The translations under genes were made by a program, and so were the position numbers. From Candidatus Woesearchaeota archaeon (GTDB lineage: Archaea > Nanobdellota > Nanobdellia > Woesearchaeales > BS150m-G63): 64,000 nucleotides of DNA. Below are positions 9,449 to 18,196 of the stretch, one piece after another. A model generated the notes under the pieces. That model did not search any database. It worked only from the letters and a program-made list of their open reading frames with translations, and was not told where the DNA came from. The DNA is taken from the NCBI GenBank assembly GCA_016784165.1, contig JADHVD010000002.1, positions 6,045 through 70,044 of the forward strand, in the 5' to 3' direction. Numbering within the stretch: the first letter of the stretch is position 1; each line of letters opens with the position of its first letter.

Positions 9449-10261
9449 ATGAATCCAAAGATAATATTTCTAGGTACAGCTGGGGAAAGCTTAGTGTATG
9501 GTAAACAGATAAGGAACTCTGGAGGAATTGTGCTACAGATGGACAATATGCAATTTTTGATAGATCCAGGACCAGGTGCTGTTACTATGGCTGCTCATTT
9601 TGGAATAAATTTGAGAGATAACTCTGCTATTTTTGTGAGTCATAATCATATTAATCATTGTAATGATGTCAATGCTGTTATAGGGGCCATGACTTATGAG
9701 GGGATGGATAAAAAAGGGGTTTTGGTAACCAATAAAACTGCTTATAATGGGAATGAAGACATGGAACCAATGATTAATAGTTTTTCAAAAGGTTTAGTTG
9801 AAAAAAGCATTATAGTTGAAAAAGGAGATAAATTAGGGATAGGAGATATTGAAGTTAAAGCGCTTGACGCAAAACACGATGACAAAAATACCATAGGATT
9901 TAGATTCTTTGGTTCTAGATTTAATATTGTTTATAGTGCAGACACTCAATATTTTAAAGAACTAGGGGAAGATTACAAGGGTTGTGATATTTTAATTTTG
10001 AATGTCGTTTATCCATCTAACAATAAAGAAAAACAATTATCATCTGATGATGCTGTTAAAATAATCAATAAAGTAAAACCAAAGGTCGTGATAATCACAC
10101 ATTTTGGGATTAAAATGCTAAAAGCAGATCCCCTATATGAGGCAAGAGAAATTCAAAAACAGACAGGTATCCAAATAATAGCTGCAAAAGATGGCATGGT
10201 AATAAATCCAATTTCTTATTCTACTGGATTAAGACAGAAAACATTGAATATGTACAAATAA
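9449..10261 (+). CDS. Metallo-beta-lactamase-fold hydrolase
   Basis: FVSHNHINHCND (HxHxDH-like MBL motif); later H/D residues; ATG 9449 preceded by GGGGGT SD-like sequence. Confidence 0.6.
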   Translation: MNPKIIFLGTAGESLVYGKQIRNSGGIVLQMDNMQFLIDPGPGAVTMAAHFGINLRDNSAIFVSHNHINHCNDVNAVIGAMTYEGMDKKGVLVTNKTAYNGNEDMEPMINSFSKGLVEKSIIVEKGDKLGIGDIEVKALDAKHDDKNTIGFRFFGSRFNIVYSADTQYFKELGEDYKGCDILILNVVYPSNNKEKQLSSDDAVKIINKVKPKVVIITHFGIKMLKADPLYEAREIQKQTGIQIIAAKDGMVINPISYSTGLRQKTLNMYK

Positions 10262-11404
10262 TTAGTCTCTTCCTAATATTATTGAAAAAGTCTTTTTAAT
10301 TTTTTTTACAGTATCTCCCCATAGATAATTTTCTAGAATCGTGTTTCTCGCATTATTACCAACTAATATTCTTAATTTTTTATCAAGAATCAATACCTCT
10401 AATTTTTTTGAAAGAGTATAATGATTTCTTCTGGGAAAATGAAATCCATTATAGTTTTCATCAATGTAATTTTTCATGTGGCCAATAGGTGTTGCTATTA
10501 CAGGTAATCCTGTTGCCATTGCTTCCATTGTTGCTAAAGAACTTGTTTCTGTTAAACTTGGCATTACATAAATGTCCATTGCATGAAGGTAATCAATAAC
10601 ATTGTCCTTGGGTCCTGTCAAGATTACATTACTTTTGGTTTTAAGATACTCTTTTATTTTTTGGATTCCTTCCCCAACTATTAATAATTTGACATTATGT
10701 TTTTTATGGATTCTTAAGAATGCCCTATAAAGAGTAAATAAATCTTTTTCCCTGCCTATCCTTCCGGTAAATCCGATTATTGTTGAATTTGGTAAACCCA
10801 ACTTCTTTTTAGACCCTAATTTATCTAATGATGGCCCAAATTTTAGTGTATCTATACCTAAATGCACCACTGCTTTTTTTGATTTTATTTTTTGCCAAGA
10901 AAGAATTTCTGCTGTATCTAAAGAAGGAACCATTAAAAGATCACATCTATTATATAAAAATCTTGAAATCCATTTAGTTATAATAAATGCTAATTTTTTA
11001 GTTACTGGACCTCTACCAAGACTTTTTGAAACTAATTCTGATTCTATTGAGTGAATATAAGCTATAAGTGGTTTTTTATATAGTTTTGAAAGGATGATTG
11101 CTGATGAACCTATGGGGCCTATAGATTGTGTCCAAATCAAATCTGCATCTTTTATATGTTTTTTTAAAGCAAAAAAACTTGGCCTACTTGGTTGGTAATC
11201 TCCCAAATAAAAATTATGTGTTTTTATTCTTATTAATTTTACATCTTTTGGTTTTTTAAATTTACCCTTGAATTTTGGTGCTACAACAGTCACAGAATAT
11301 TCTTTTGTTAATTCTGGAAGTATTTGTGAAAGAAATCTTGCTATCCCATCCCATCTAGGAAGGAAATTATCTGTTGCAATCAGTAACCTCTTTTTTTGAA
11401 TCAT
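10262..11404 (-). CDS. GT4-family glycosyltransferase (PIG-A/BshA/MshA-like retaining GT-B)
   Basis: C-terminal E-x7-E region ...TETSSLATMEAMATGLPVIATPIG...; N-terminal GT-B fold; 380 aa. Confidence 0.75.
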   Translation of the reverse strand: MIQKKRLLIATDNFLPRWDGIARFLSQILPELTKEYSVTVVAPKFKGKFKKPKDVKLIRIKTHNFYLGDYQPSRPSFFALKKHIKDADLIWTQSIGPIGSSAIILSKLYKKPLIAYIHSIESELVSKSLGRGPVTKKLAFIITKWISRFLYNRCDLLMVPSLDTAEILSWQKIKSKKAVVHLGIDTLKFGPSLDKLGSKKKLGLPNSTIIGFTGRIGREKDLFTLYRAFLRIHKKHNVKLLIVGEGIQKIKEYLKTKSNVILTGPKDNVIDYLHAMDIYVMPSLTETSSLATMEAMATGLPVIATPIGHMKNYIDENYNGFHFPRRNHYTLSKKLEVLILDKKLRILVGNNARNTILENYLWGDTVKKIKKTFSIILGRD

Positions 11405-11405
11405 T

Positions 11406-12050
11406 TTATCTTATTTTATAAAACACCTCTGCATATTTACAATGGTGCTTTAATCCAAAATTCATTGCTTTAAAATAAACACCCCACATTAACGAGAGCA
11501 TTGACATTTTTTGACTCTTAAAACATTTTAATGCTTTAATTTTGGTTTTGAATGTATCAGATACATCAACTATTAGTTTAGGAGCACTTGTTCTTTTTAT
11601 ATTTAATGGATTCCAGACATCAAAAGTGTATACATCACAATGAAATCTCATAGAATCAAGTGCTTTTAACACCAATCTTTTTGTTGATTTGTGATCCGGA
11701 TGTGGATCTGCTGTTGTATGCGTAAATATTTTTATTGGCTTATATTTTTTGATTAACTCCTTTATTTTTTTATGAAGATTATGCTCTTTTGCTTCTTTTT
11801 GAAAATTTCCTTCAGTCAATCCAAAAAAAATAGTTTCTGTTGAACCAATTAATTTATCTGCTTTAAGAGTCTCTTCTACTCTCATTTTAATAGTGAACTT
11901 ACTTTTGAACCAAGGATGGCTACTTTCACCATAAGAAAATATAATTGTGATTATCTTTATTCCTTGTTTAGCATATTTTGCCACTGTTCCACCAGTTCCA
12001 AAAATCTGATCATCAGGATGTGCTCCAAAAACAAGTATTGTATCAACCAT
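11406..12050 (-). CDS. PIG-L / LmbE-family N-acetylglucosaminyl deacetylase
   Basis: N-terminal VFGAHPDDQIFGTGGT (AHPDDE signature of the LmbE/PIG-L family); HPDH later; 1-nt spacing from the GT4 gene. Confidence 0.75.
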   Translation of the reverse strand: MVDTILVFGAHPDDQIFGTGGTVAKYAKQGIKIITIIFSYGESSHPWFKSKFTIKMRVEETLKADKLIGSTETIFFGLTEGNFQKEAKEHNLHKKIKELIKKYKPIKIFTHTTADPHPDHKSTKRLVLKALDSMRFHCDVYTFDVWNPLNIKRTSAPKLIVDVSDTFKTKIKALKCFKSQKMSMLSLMWGVYFKAMNFGLKHHCKYAEVFYKIR

Positions 12051-12098
12051 AATAAGAAAATATTATTAAGTATTAATTAAGTTTTCTATTAATTAATT

Positions 12099-13346
12099 TT
12101 ATTTATCTTCATTATCTAATTTATGATTTTCATAGAAAGAAGATAGTTTATTAGAATAATACTCCATAATTTTTTTATTTTTTATTTTTATTGTTATTTG
12201 ACCATTAAATAATAATTCTCTTTCATGCAGTCTTAATAGGAAATCACCCATACCCTCTTTTGCTTTTAATAATTTAGGACTATACGAATCGTACAACCTA
12301 ACACATATTTCATTCACCCTTTTACGTAAATTTTTGAGATAAATTGTATCTGTTTTTGATGATTCTAAACAATGAGCTATTGCAGAATAATAGATGTCTT
12401 GTTGGAGGATGGGGATTGTTTTACTTAATTCTTGTTTTAAATATTTTGATAAATCTTTTACAGCCTTACCTAAATGTCCTTGTAAATCAAGATTATCATT
12501 AAAAAAATCATTCAAGCTTATTGATTTTCCAATATGCATATAATTTACAATTTTATCTTTTCTGAAATCAAAAAAATCTTTAATTAAATTAATTTTTTCT
12601 GCGTTTGATTTTTTATTTTTTGAGAAACGAACATCCTCTGGAACTCGAGAATATGCCAACCCTATAGGTACAAATAAAATATCGTCTATATTTTGAGAAT
12701 TTTTATTTTCAAAATATGTTTTCAAAATAAATTTAGTCATCCCCCTTTTGAAATTACCTAAATTACCATCCCTAGAACGTGTTCCTTCTGGAAAATACAA
12801 TAATGATTGCCCTTCCTCTAAATTTGTTTTAATATATGCTTGAAGAATATTAAAATAATCCCCATCTTGTTTTGAACGTTTTAGTTTAAATGCTCCAAAA
12901 GATTTGAAAATAGAATCTATTATTTTATTAACAAATAAATTATCTCCTGCAGCCATTATTGGGTAAGGGAACTTATTATTATAAAGTTCTGTTCCTAATA
13001 TTAAAGAATCTAAATTTGAAAGGTGATTGGGTATATAGATTATGGGTTTTTTTGGATTTGAAAGAATCAATGGACTTGGATCTATATCCATAGTTACATA
13101 AGTTTTTAATGAAGGGAGAATGAGTTTATACGCATGGGAAATTATTTTTAATGCTGGTTGTTTTGTTCTTGCTGCAAAGTCGTTTAATTCTTCTTTTTGT
13201 AAAAATGATTTTTCTATTGTAACAGTCTCCCCTCTAGATAATTGTTTTTCTTTGTAATTGATGAGTGTTTTGTTTAGTATTTTTCTCAGTTCCATTTTAG
13301 AATCAATAAAATAATAATAATTTACAATAATAAATGCGCCGACCAA
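12099..13346 (-). CDS. PlsB/GPAT-family acyltransferase (glycerolipid acyltransferase superfamily)
   Basis: Acyltransferase motifs I NHLSNLD (HxxxxD), III FPEGTRSRDG and IV FVPIGLAY in the correct order; 415 aa. Confidence 0.7.
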   Translation of the reverse strand: MVGAFIIVNYYYFIDSKMELRKILNKTLINYKEKQLSRGETVTIEKSFLQKEELNDFAARTKQPALKIISHAYKLILPSLKTYVTMDIDPSPLILSNPKKPIIYIPNHLSNLDSLILGTELYNNKFPYPIMAAGDNLFVNKIIDSIFKSFGAFKLKRSKQDGDYFNILQAYIKTNLEEGQSLLYFPEGTRSRDGNLGNFKRGMTKFILKTYFENKNSQNIDDILFVPIGLAYSRVPEDVRFSKNKKSNAEKINLIKDFFDFRKDKIVNYMHIGKSISLNDFFNDNLDLQGHLGKAVKDLSKYLKQELSKTIPILQQDIYYSAIAHCLESSKTDTIYLKNLRKRVNEICVRLYDSYSPKLLKAKEGMGDFLLRLHERELLFNGQITIKIKNKKIMEYYSNKLSSFYENHKLDNEDK

Positions 13347-13400
13347 GATTTGGAACCTACGTTTTCCGTAGTAGCTCCGGAAATTAGTAGGAGATGTTCG
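13334..13400 (-). pseudogene. tRNA-like fragment: an exact copy of the 3' end of the neighbouring tRNA-Gly (GGTCGGCGCA) preceded by a hairpin + T-loop-like motif; no full cloverleaf found
   Basis: Plus-strand aaatgcgccgacc at 13331-13343 repeats 13472-13484; minus strand reads CTACG-gaaaa-CGTAG-GTTCCAAATC-TTGGTCGGCGCA; no matching acceptor 5' strand found within 150 nt. Confidence 0.35.
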
Positions 13401-13474
13401 CTTTGCTCAATCTCCTTCCATGGTATACCCTTTAATCGATTACTTTGATTGAAAAGTACTGTGAATGATCTAAA

Positions 13475-13546
13475 TGCGCCGACCGGGATTTGAACCCGGA
13501 TCGTCGGCTTGGAAGGCCGAAATCATAGCCATTAGACCATCGGCGC
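13475..13546 (-). tRNA. tRNA-Gly (anticodon UCC)
   Basis: Minus strand GCGCCGA-UG-GUCU..-UCGGC/CUUCCAA/GCCGA-..CCGGG/UUCAAAU/CCCGG-UCGGCGC-A; clean cloverleaf with a 7-bp acceptor, anticodon loop CUUCCAA and T-loop UUCAAAU. Confidence 0.85.
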
Positions 13547-13566
13547 AAAAATGCCAGATTAACTAA

Positions 13567-14604
13567 TTAAATCAGTTCCTTTATATTATTTACGAATTTT
13601 TTAAAGTCTTTTGTTTTTATACAAGCTCCACAAGCATACTCATGTCCACCACCATATCCTTCTACTCCTTCTAGTGCTTTTTTGAGTATTTGTGCAACTT
13701 TTATATTAGATGCACGTAAACTACATTTCATCTCATCAAACCGTTCTCTAGCTATTATTATTAATTTATCTGGATATTTGTAAAGTAATTCATTACTTAA
13801 TTCTGAAGTAAATGAAGTTTTATCTGTATCATAAGTATACAAGAGTACTTTACTTTTTGTTGCTTTTACACCTGAAATAATTTCCTGATACTCTTTGTTT
13901 ATTTTTTGATATCTCTTATAGATATATTTTCCTTGAGATGTAGTTTGTTCTAAAATTTCTTCTGGATGTTTTATTCTTGTTAATATTTTAACACTGGTTA
14001 GAGCATCTGAAGTTTTTCCTTTGAGAAGAAAATTAAACATTCTTGCTAATTCCCCTACTTTAGTTTCAAAAAGAATCTTTTCTGGTGTTTTGTTATTTTT
14101 TTCGAGATATTTTTTAGGAAGTAATTTTGGATATTTTTTTGCGAATTTATTAATATGGGGCGGCACAAACCAATCACCTATACAACCAACTGTTGCTAAC
14201 CATAAATCTTGATCAGCTATTTGATATGCCCAAAAAGTTGTAGGTCTTGAATCTTGATCATTTTTGATTCTTGGATTGAAATATTTTACCTTGTATCTTT
14301 TTATTGGCTCATGATGATCCAGCCAAATAACCGGCGTATTTATTTGATTGAGGAAATCTTGACTCACCATTGGTTTGTCAAGTATAAAAATTATGTCTGG
14401 AGAATAACTTTTTACATGTTTTACATAAGCATCAGTCATTTCTGGGGCTGTTTTTATGATTACCCCTTTTCCTTCTTTGAGTAATCTATAGAGTAATAAA
14501 AAAGAAGATAATCCGTCTGCATCATCATCAAAGAAAAAAAGTGGCCTTACAGCTGATTCAAGTTGTTCTCTCATGTAATCTATGTCTTTTTGTAGTATTG
14601 CCAT
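13567..14604 (-). CDS. DHH/DHHA1-family phosphoesterase (archaeal RecJ/Cdc45-GAN-like or nanoRNase-like)
   Basis: FFDDDADGLSS (DHH motif I/II), WLDHHEP (DHH motif), C-terminal GGGHEYACGA (DHHA1 GGGH motif). Confidence 0.7.
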   Translation of the reverse strand: MAILQKDIDYMREQLESAVRPLFFFDDDADGLSSFLLLYRLLKEGKGVIIKTAPEMTDAYVKHVKSYSPDIIFILDKPMVSQDFLNQINTPVIWLDHHEPIKRYKVKYFNPRIKNDQDSRPTTFWAYQIADQDLWLATVGCIGDWFVPPHINKFAKKYPKLLPKKYLEKNNKTPEKILFETKVGELARMFNFLLKGKTSDALTSVKILTRIKHPEEILEQTTSQGKYIYKRYQKINKEYQEIISGVKATKSKVLLYTYDTDKTSFTSELSNELLYKYPDKLIIIARERFDEMKCSLRASNIKVAQILKKALEGVEGYGGGHEYACGACIKTKDFKKFVNNIKELI

Positions 14605-14705
14605 GTTTAATTATTGTTATGATGAGTTATATAAAAGGTTTTAGTTTTTTCGAGTTTATAGAAAATTATAAATAATAATGGTGGCTTTGTCTATAAAAAA
14701 GATAG

Positions 14706-16670
14706 GTGGTGAACTTAATGATCGAATATACAATTGGAATAATTGCAGTTATTGCATTAATATTTGGATGGAAATTATCTTCAAATATTAATAAAATTAA
14801 ATTAAAAAATAAAAAGGTAAAGGAGCTTTGCGAGATAATTCACAAAGGTTCTATGACATTTCTAAATAGGGTGTATAAAATATTGATATTTTTTGTGATC
14901 ATTGTTGCACTTATATTATATTATTTGATAAGTTGGCAAATGGCTATGACTTTTGTTGTTGGTGCAGTATTTTCTGCTATCGCAGGAAACATGGGAATGA
15001 GAGTTGCTACTTCCGCAAATGCAAGAACTGCTATTGCATGCAAACATAGTTTAAAAAAAGGGTTGAGGATTGCTTTTTCAAGTGGTACTGTAATGGGTAT
15101 GTGTGTTACAGGACTTGGATTAATTGGTGTTTTGATATTCTATTTAATTTTTAAAGATCCAAATATAATTTTTGGATTTGGATTTGGAGCTTCTAGTATT
15201 GCACTATTTGCAAGAGTTGGTGGTGGGATATATACTAAAGCTGCTGATGTTGGTGCTGATTTAGTTGGTAAACTCGAAAAAGGAATTCCAGAAGATGATC
15301 CTAGAAATCCTGCTGTTATTGCAGATAATGTAGGAGATAATGTGGGTGATGTTGCTGGAATGGGTGCTGATTTGTTTGAGAGTTATGTTGATAGTATTAT
15401 CGCTGCAATGGTGTTGGGTGTTTTAGTGTTTGGTGCTCTGGGTGCTATAATTCCTTTAGGATTAGCTGCAGCAGGTATTGTTGCTTCTATACTAGGAACT
15501 TTTTTTGTAAATGTTAAGGGGAAAGGAAAACCAAGTAATGCGCTAAATAAAGGAGTGTTTGGAAGTTCAATAATTATGGCAGTACTAGGGTTCTTTTTTA
15601 TTTGGTTTATGACTAAAGATGTTAGTCTTTTTTATGCTACTTTAGCAGGATTGGTTGCTGGAGTTTTGGTTGGATTATCAACTGAATATTACACTTCTGC
15701 GGAAAGGAAACCTGTAAGAAGTATTGCTGAATCTGCTAGAACTGGTGCAGGCACTAATATAATTAGTGGATTAGCTGTTGGAATGAACAGCACAGTAATT
15801 CCTGTTTTATCTGTTTGTACAGCAATATTAGTTTCATATCACTTTGCAGGATTGTATGGGATTGCTATCGCTGCCGTAGGTATGTTAAGCACTTTAGGAA
15901 TCACTTTAGCTACAGATACTTATGGTCCTGTTGCTGATAATGCTGCAGGTATAGCAGAAATGGCAGGGTTAGGAAAAACTGCTAGAAAAAGAGCTGAATC
16001 TTTAGATGCTGTTGGAAACACAACTGCTGCTATGGGAAAGGGATTTGCTATTGGTTCTGCCGCATTAACTGCATTGGCTTTATTTGCTAGCTATACTCAG
16101 ATTACTAAATTAACTGTTATTAATATTACAAATCCATTTGTTATGGTTGGATTATTTATTGGTGGGATGTTGCCTTTCTTGTTTTCTGCTTTAACAATGC
16201 GTGCTGTAGGTGATGCTGCCCAACATATGGTTACAGAGGTAAGGAGACAATTTAAAGAGATTAAAGGAATTATGAAAGGTAAAGCAAAACCAGATTATAT
16301 GAGGTGTGTGGATATCAGTACAAAAGCTGCTTTAAGACACATGATTGTGCCAGGTTTAATAGCTATAATTTCACCAATAATTATGGGTGTGCTACTGGGA
16401 GTAGAAGCATTAGGAGGTTTACTTGCAGGAGCTCTTGTAAGTGGATTCTTATTAGCAGTATTCATGGCTAATTCGGGCGGTGCTTGGGATAATGCTAAGA
16501 AGTATGTAGAGAAAGGTAACCTAGGGGGGAAAGGAAGTGAAGTACATAAAGCTACCATTATAGGTGACACTGTAGGAGACCCATTTAAAGACACTTCAGG
16601 TCCAAGTTTGAATATACTTATTAAATTAATGAGTATTGTTGCTTTAGTGTTCGTGCCTTTATTTTTGTAA
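14706..16670 (+). CDS. hppA: Membrane-bound H+/Na+-translocating pyrophosphatase (V-PPase)
   Basis: Multi-TM protein with GGG(I/L)[11 protein letters not shown](V/S)GK and DNVGDNVGD(V/I)[11 protein letters not shown] signatures of the V-PPase family. Confidence 0.88.
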   Translation: MVNLMIEYTIGIIAVIALIFGWKLSSNINKIKLKNKKVKELCEIIHKGSMTFLNRVYKILIFFVIIVALILYYLISWQMAMTFVVGAVFSAIAGNMGMRVATSANARTAIACKHSLKKGLRIAFSSGTVMGMCVTGLGLIGVLIFYLIFKDPNIIFGFGFGASSIALFARVGGGIYTKAADVGADLVGKLEKGIPEDDPRNPAVIADNVGDNVGDVAGMGADLFESYVDSIIAAMVLGVLVFGALGAIIPLGLAAAGIVASILGTFFVNVKGKGKPSNALNKGVFGSSIIMAVLGFFFIWFMTKDVSLFYATLAGLVAGVLVGLSTEYYTSAERKPVRSIAESARTGAGTNIISGLAVGMNSTVIPVLSVCTAILVSYHFAGLYGIAIAAVGMLSTLGITLATDTYGPVADNAAGIAEMAGLGKTARKRAESLDAVGNTTAAMGKGFAIGSAALTALALFASYTQITKLTVINITNPFVMVGLFIGGMLPFLFSALTMRAVGDAAQHMVTEVRRQFKEIKGIMKGKAKPDYMRCVDISTKAALRHMIVPGLIAIISPIIMGVLLGVEALGGLLAGALVSGFLLAVFMANSGGAWDNAKKYVEKGNLGGKGSEVHKATIIGDTVGDPFKDTSGPSLNILIKLMSIVALVFVPLFL

Positions 16671-16689
16671 GATTTTTTTCTTTTTTAAT

Positions 16690-16735
16690 TTTTTATTTCA
16701 TTATTTCATTATTTCATTCTTTCATTTTATTTTTC
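16690..16735. repeat. Short tandem repeat (ATTTCATT x ~4) in the hppA downstream intergenic region
   Basis: ...tatttcattatttcattatttcattctttcatttta...; direct 8-bp units. Confidence 0.5.
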
Positions 16736-16814
16736 TATTATGCCCTTTCTTTTGTTACTTATTAGTAGTTAAATAATAGAAAGATTTATAAAGGGTTATT
16801 GGCTATTTACCTCT

Positions 16815-17774
16815 ATGAATCAAGATAAGTATATTCAAATTATAAGGCGTGATAAAAAGGGGAATATCACTGCTAATTATGTTAAGAGAAATAGCGCTAA
16901 ATCAAATAGATTGAAAAAGGCTGTTATGGGTGGTTTAGCTTTAGCTGTACTAGCAGCAGGCATTAGTACACTTAAAGGAAGTAAACATTACCCTATTGAA
17001 AATAAGCCCATTATAGAAAATATAATTGAACAAAATTATAAACCAACCTCAAACAATTCTATTGAATCTTCACTTGAATCTGCTATTGAAAGAAATAGGG
17101 ATAGACTTACAAATAACCTTTATAATAAAAGAAGTATTGGAAATTCTTTTTCTGAATTATCTAAATATGATGATTATTTAACTAAAGCTAGTAATGAAAC
17201 AAATATAGATAAAAATTTATTGTACGCTATTTTTGCAGCAGAATCAAAAGGAAAATTAAGGGCAAATTCCCATAAGGGTGCAAAAGGTCCTGCTCAATTA
17301 ATGAAAGGTACCGCAAAAGAAATGGGATTAAAAATAGACGATGTTATTGATGAGAGATATGATCCTGAAAAGGCTTTTGTTGCTGGTGCAAAATATTTAA
17401 AAAAATATAATCAATTTAATGAAGACCACCTTATATTAATATCATATAATTATGGTCCAACAGTAACTAATAAAATGGTTAAAAAGTATGGTAAAAGTTG
17501 GGATAATTTGAAAAGCCACCTTCCTAATGAAACTAGAAATTATGTAATTAAAGTTTTAAGTAGAAAACAATTATTGGATGATGGGTTCTATTTTGATAAA
17601 AAAATATTGTTTTCTGAAATATTGGGAAATACTAATGATTGTATAATTGAAAAAGGAGACACAATTAATAAAATCTCTAGGGAAAAAGGTAAAAGCGTTA
17701 AAGAAATAAAAGAGAATAACCCACATATAAGAAATTATAATAAAATAAAGCCTGGAATGGTATTAAAGGTATAA
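16815..17774 (+). CDS. Membrane-anchored lytic transglycosylase (SLT/GEWL domain) with C-terminal LysM domain
   Basis: N-terminal TM anchor (AVMGGLALAVLAAGIST); SLT core LLYAIFAAESKG...AKGPAQLMKGTAKEMGL (catalytic E-S...G-L-M-Q pattern); C-terminal LysM IEKGDTINKISREKGKSVKEIKENNP...IKPGMVLKV. Confidence 0.7.
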   Translation: MNQDKYIQIIRRDKKGNITANYVKRNSAKSNRLKKAVMGGLALAVLAAGISTLKGSKHYPIENKPIIENIIEQNYKPTSNNSIESSLESAIERNRDRLTNNLYNKRSIGNSFSELSKYDDYLTKASNETNIDKNLLYAIFAAESKGKLRANSHKGAKGPAQLMKGTAKEMGLKIDDVIDERYDPEKAFVAGAKYLKKYNQFNEDHLILISYNYGPTVTNKMVKKYGKSWDNLKSHLPNETRNYVIKVLSRKQLLDDGFYFDKKILFSEILGNTNDCIIEKGDTINKISREKGKSVKEIKENNPHIRNYNKIKPGMVLKV

Positions 17775-17776
17775 AA

Positions 17777-18142
17777 ATGGATAAAAAGGTAATTATTGCT
17801 GATGATTTTGAGAATGTTAGGAAATCTTATTGTAAAATGATAAACAACTATTTTCCTGATACTAAAATTGATGAAGTTGAGGACGGCGATCTATTGGTTG
17901 AGAAGGTTAAGAACAATTGTGATTATGATTTGATAATCACAGACCAGAATATGCCTAAAATGAGTGGATTGAAAGCCATTGAAGAGATAAGAAAATTTGA
18001 TAAAAAAACACCTATTTATATGATAAGTTTTGAACCAGCATATGAAAATTTTGCTATTGCTAAAGGTGCAAATGGGTTTATAGATAAAACCAATTCTTAT
18101 ACTGAATTACCCAAATTAATTGAAAAATATCTAAAAGAGTAA
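17777..18142 (+). CDS. Stand-alone response-regulator receiver (REC/CheY-like) domain protein
   Basis: VIIADDFEN (acidic pocket), LIITDQNMPKMSG (phospho-acceptor Asp), conserved Lys near the C-terminus; 121 aa; start 3 nt after the SLT-LysM stop. Confidence 0.75.
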   Translation: MDKKVIIADDFENVRKSYCKMINNYFPDTKIDEVEDGDLLVEKVKNNCDYDLIITDQNMPKMSGLKAIEEIRKFDKKTPIYMISFEPAYENFAIAKGANGFIDKTNSYTELPKLIEKYLKE

Positions 18143-18196
18143 TCCACTGGACATATATGCGTAAGTTTTTTTAATAACTAATTCTTATCGTACTTT

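Noticed and set aside
13331-13484. 13-bp direct repeats as attL/attR of an integrated mobile element
   Set aside because: The repeats are only ~140 bp apart with no integrase or cargo between them; at most a scar or pseudo-tRNA. Kept as a finding but not called a mobile element.
16680-16740. CRISPR array
   Set aside because: Repeats are 8-11 bp with no spacers; no cas genes in the window.
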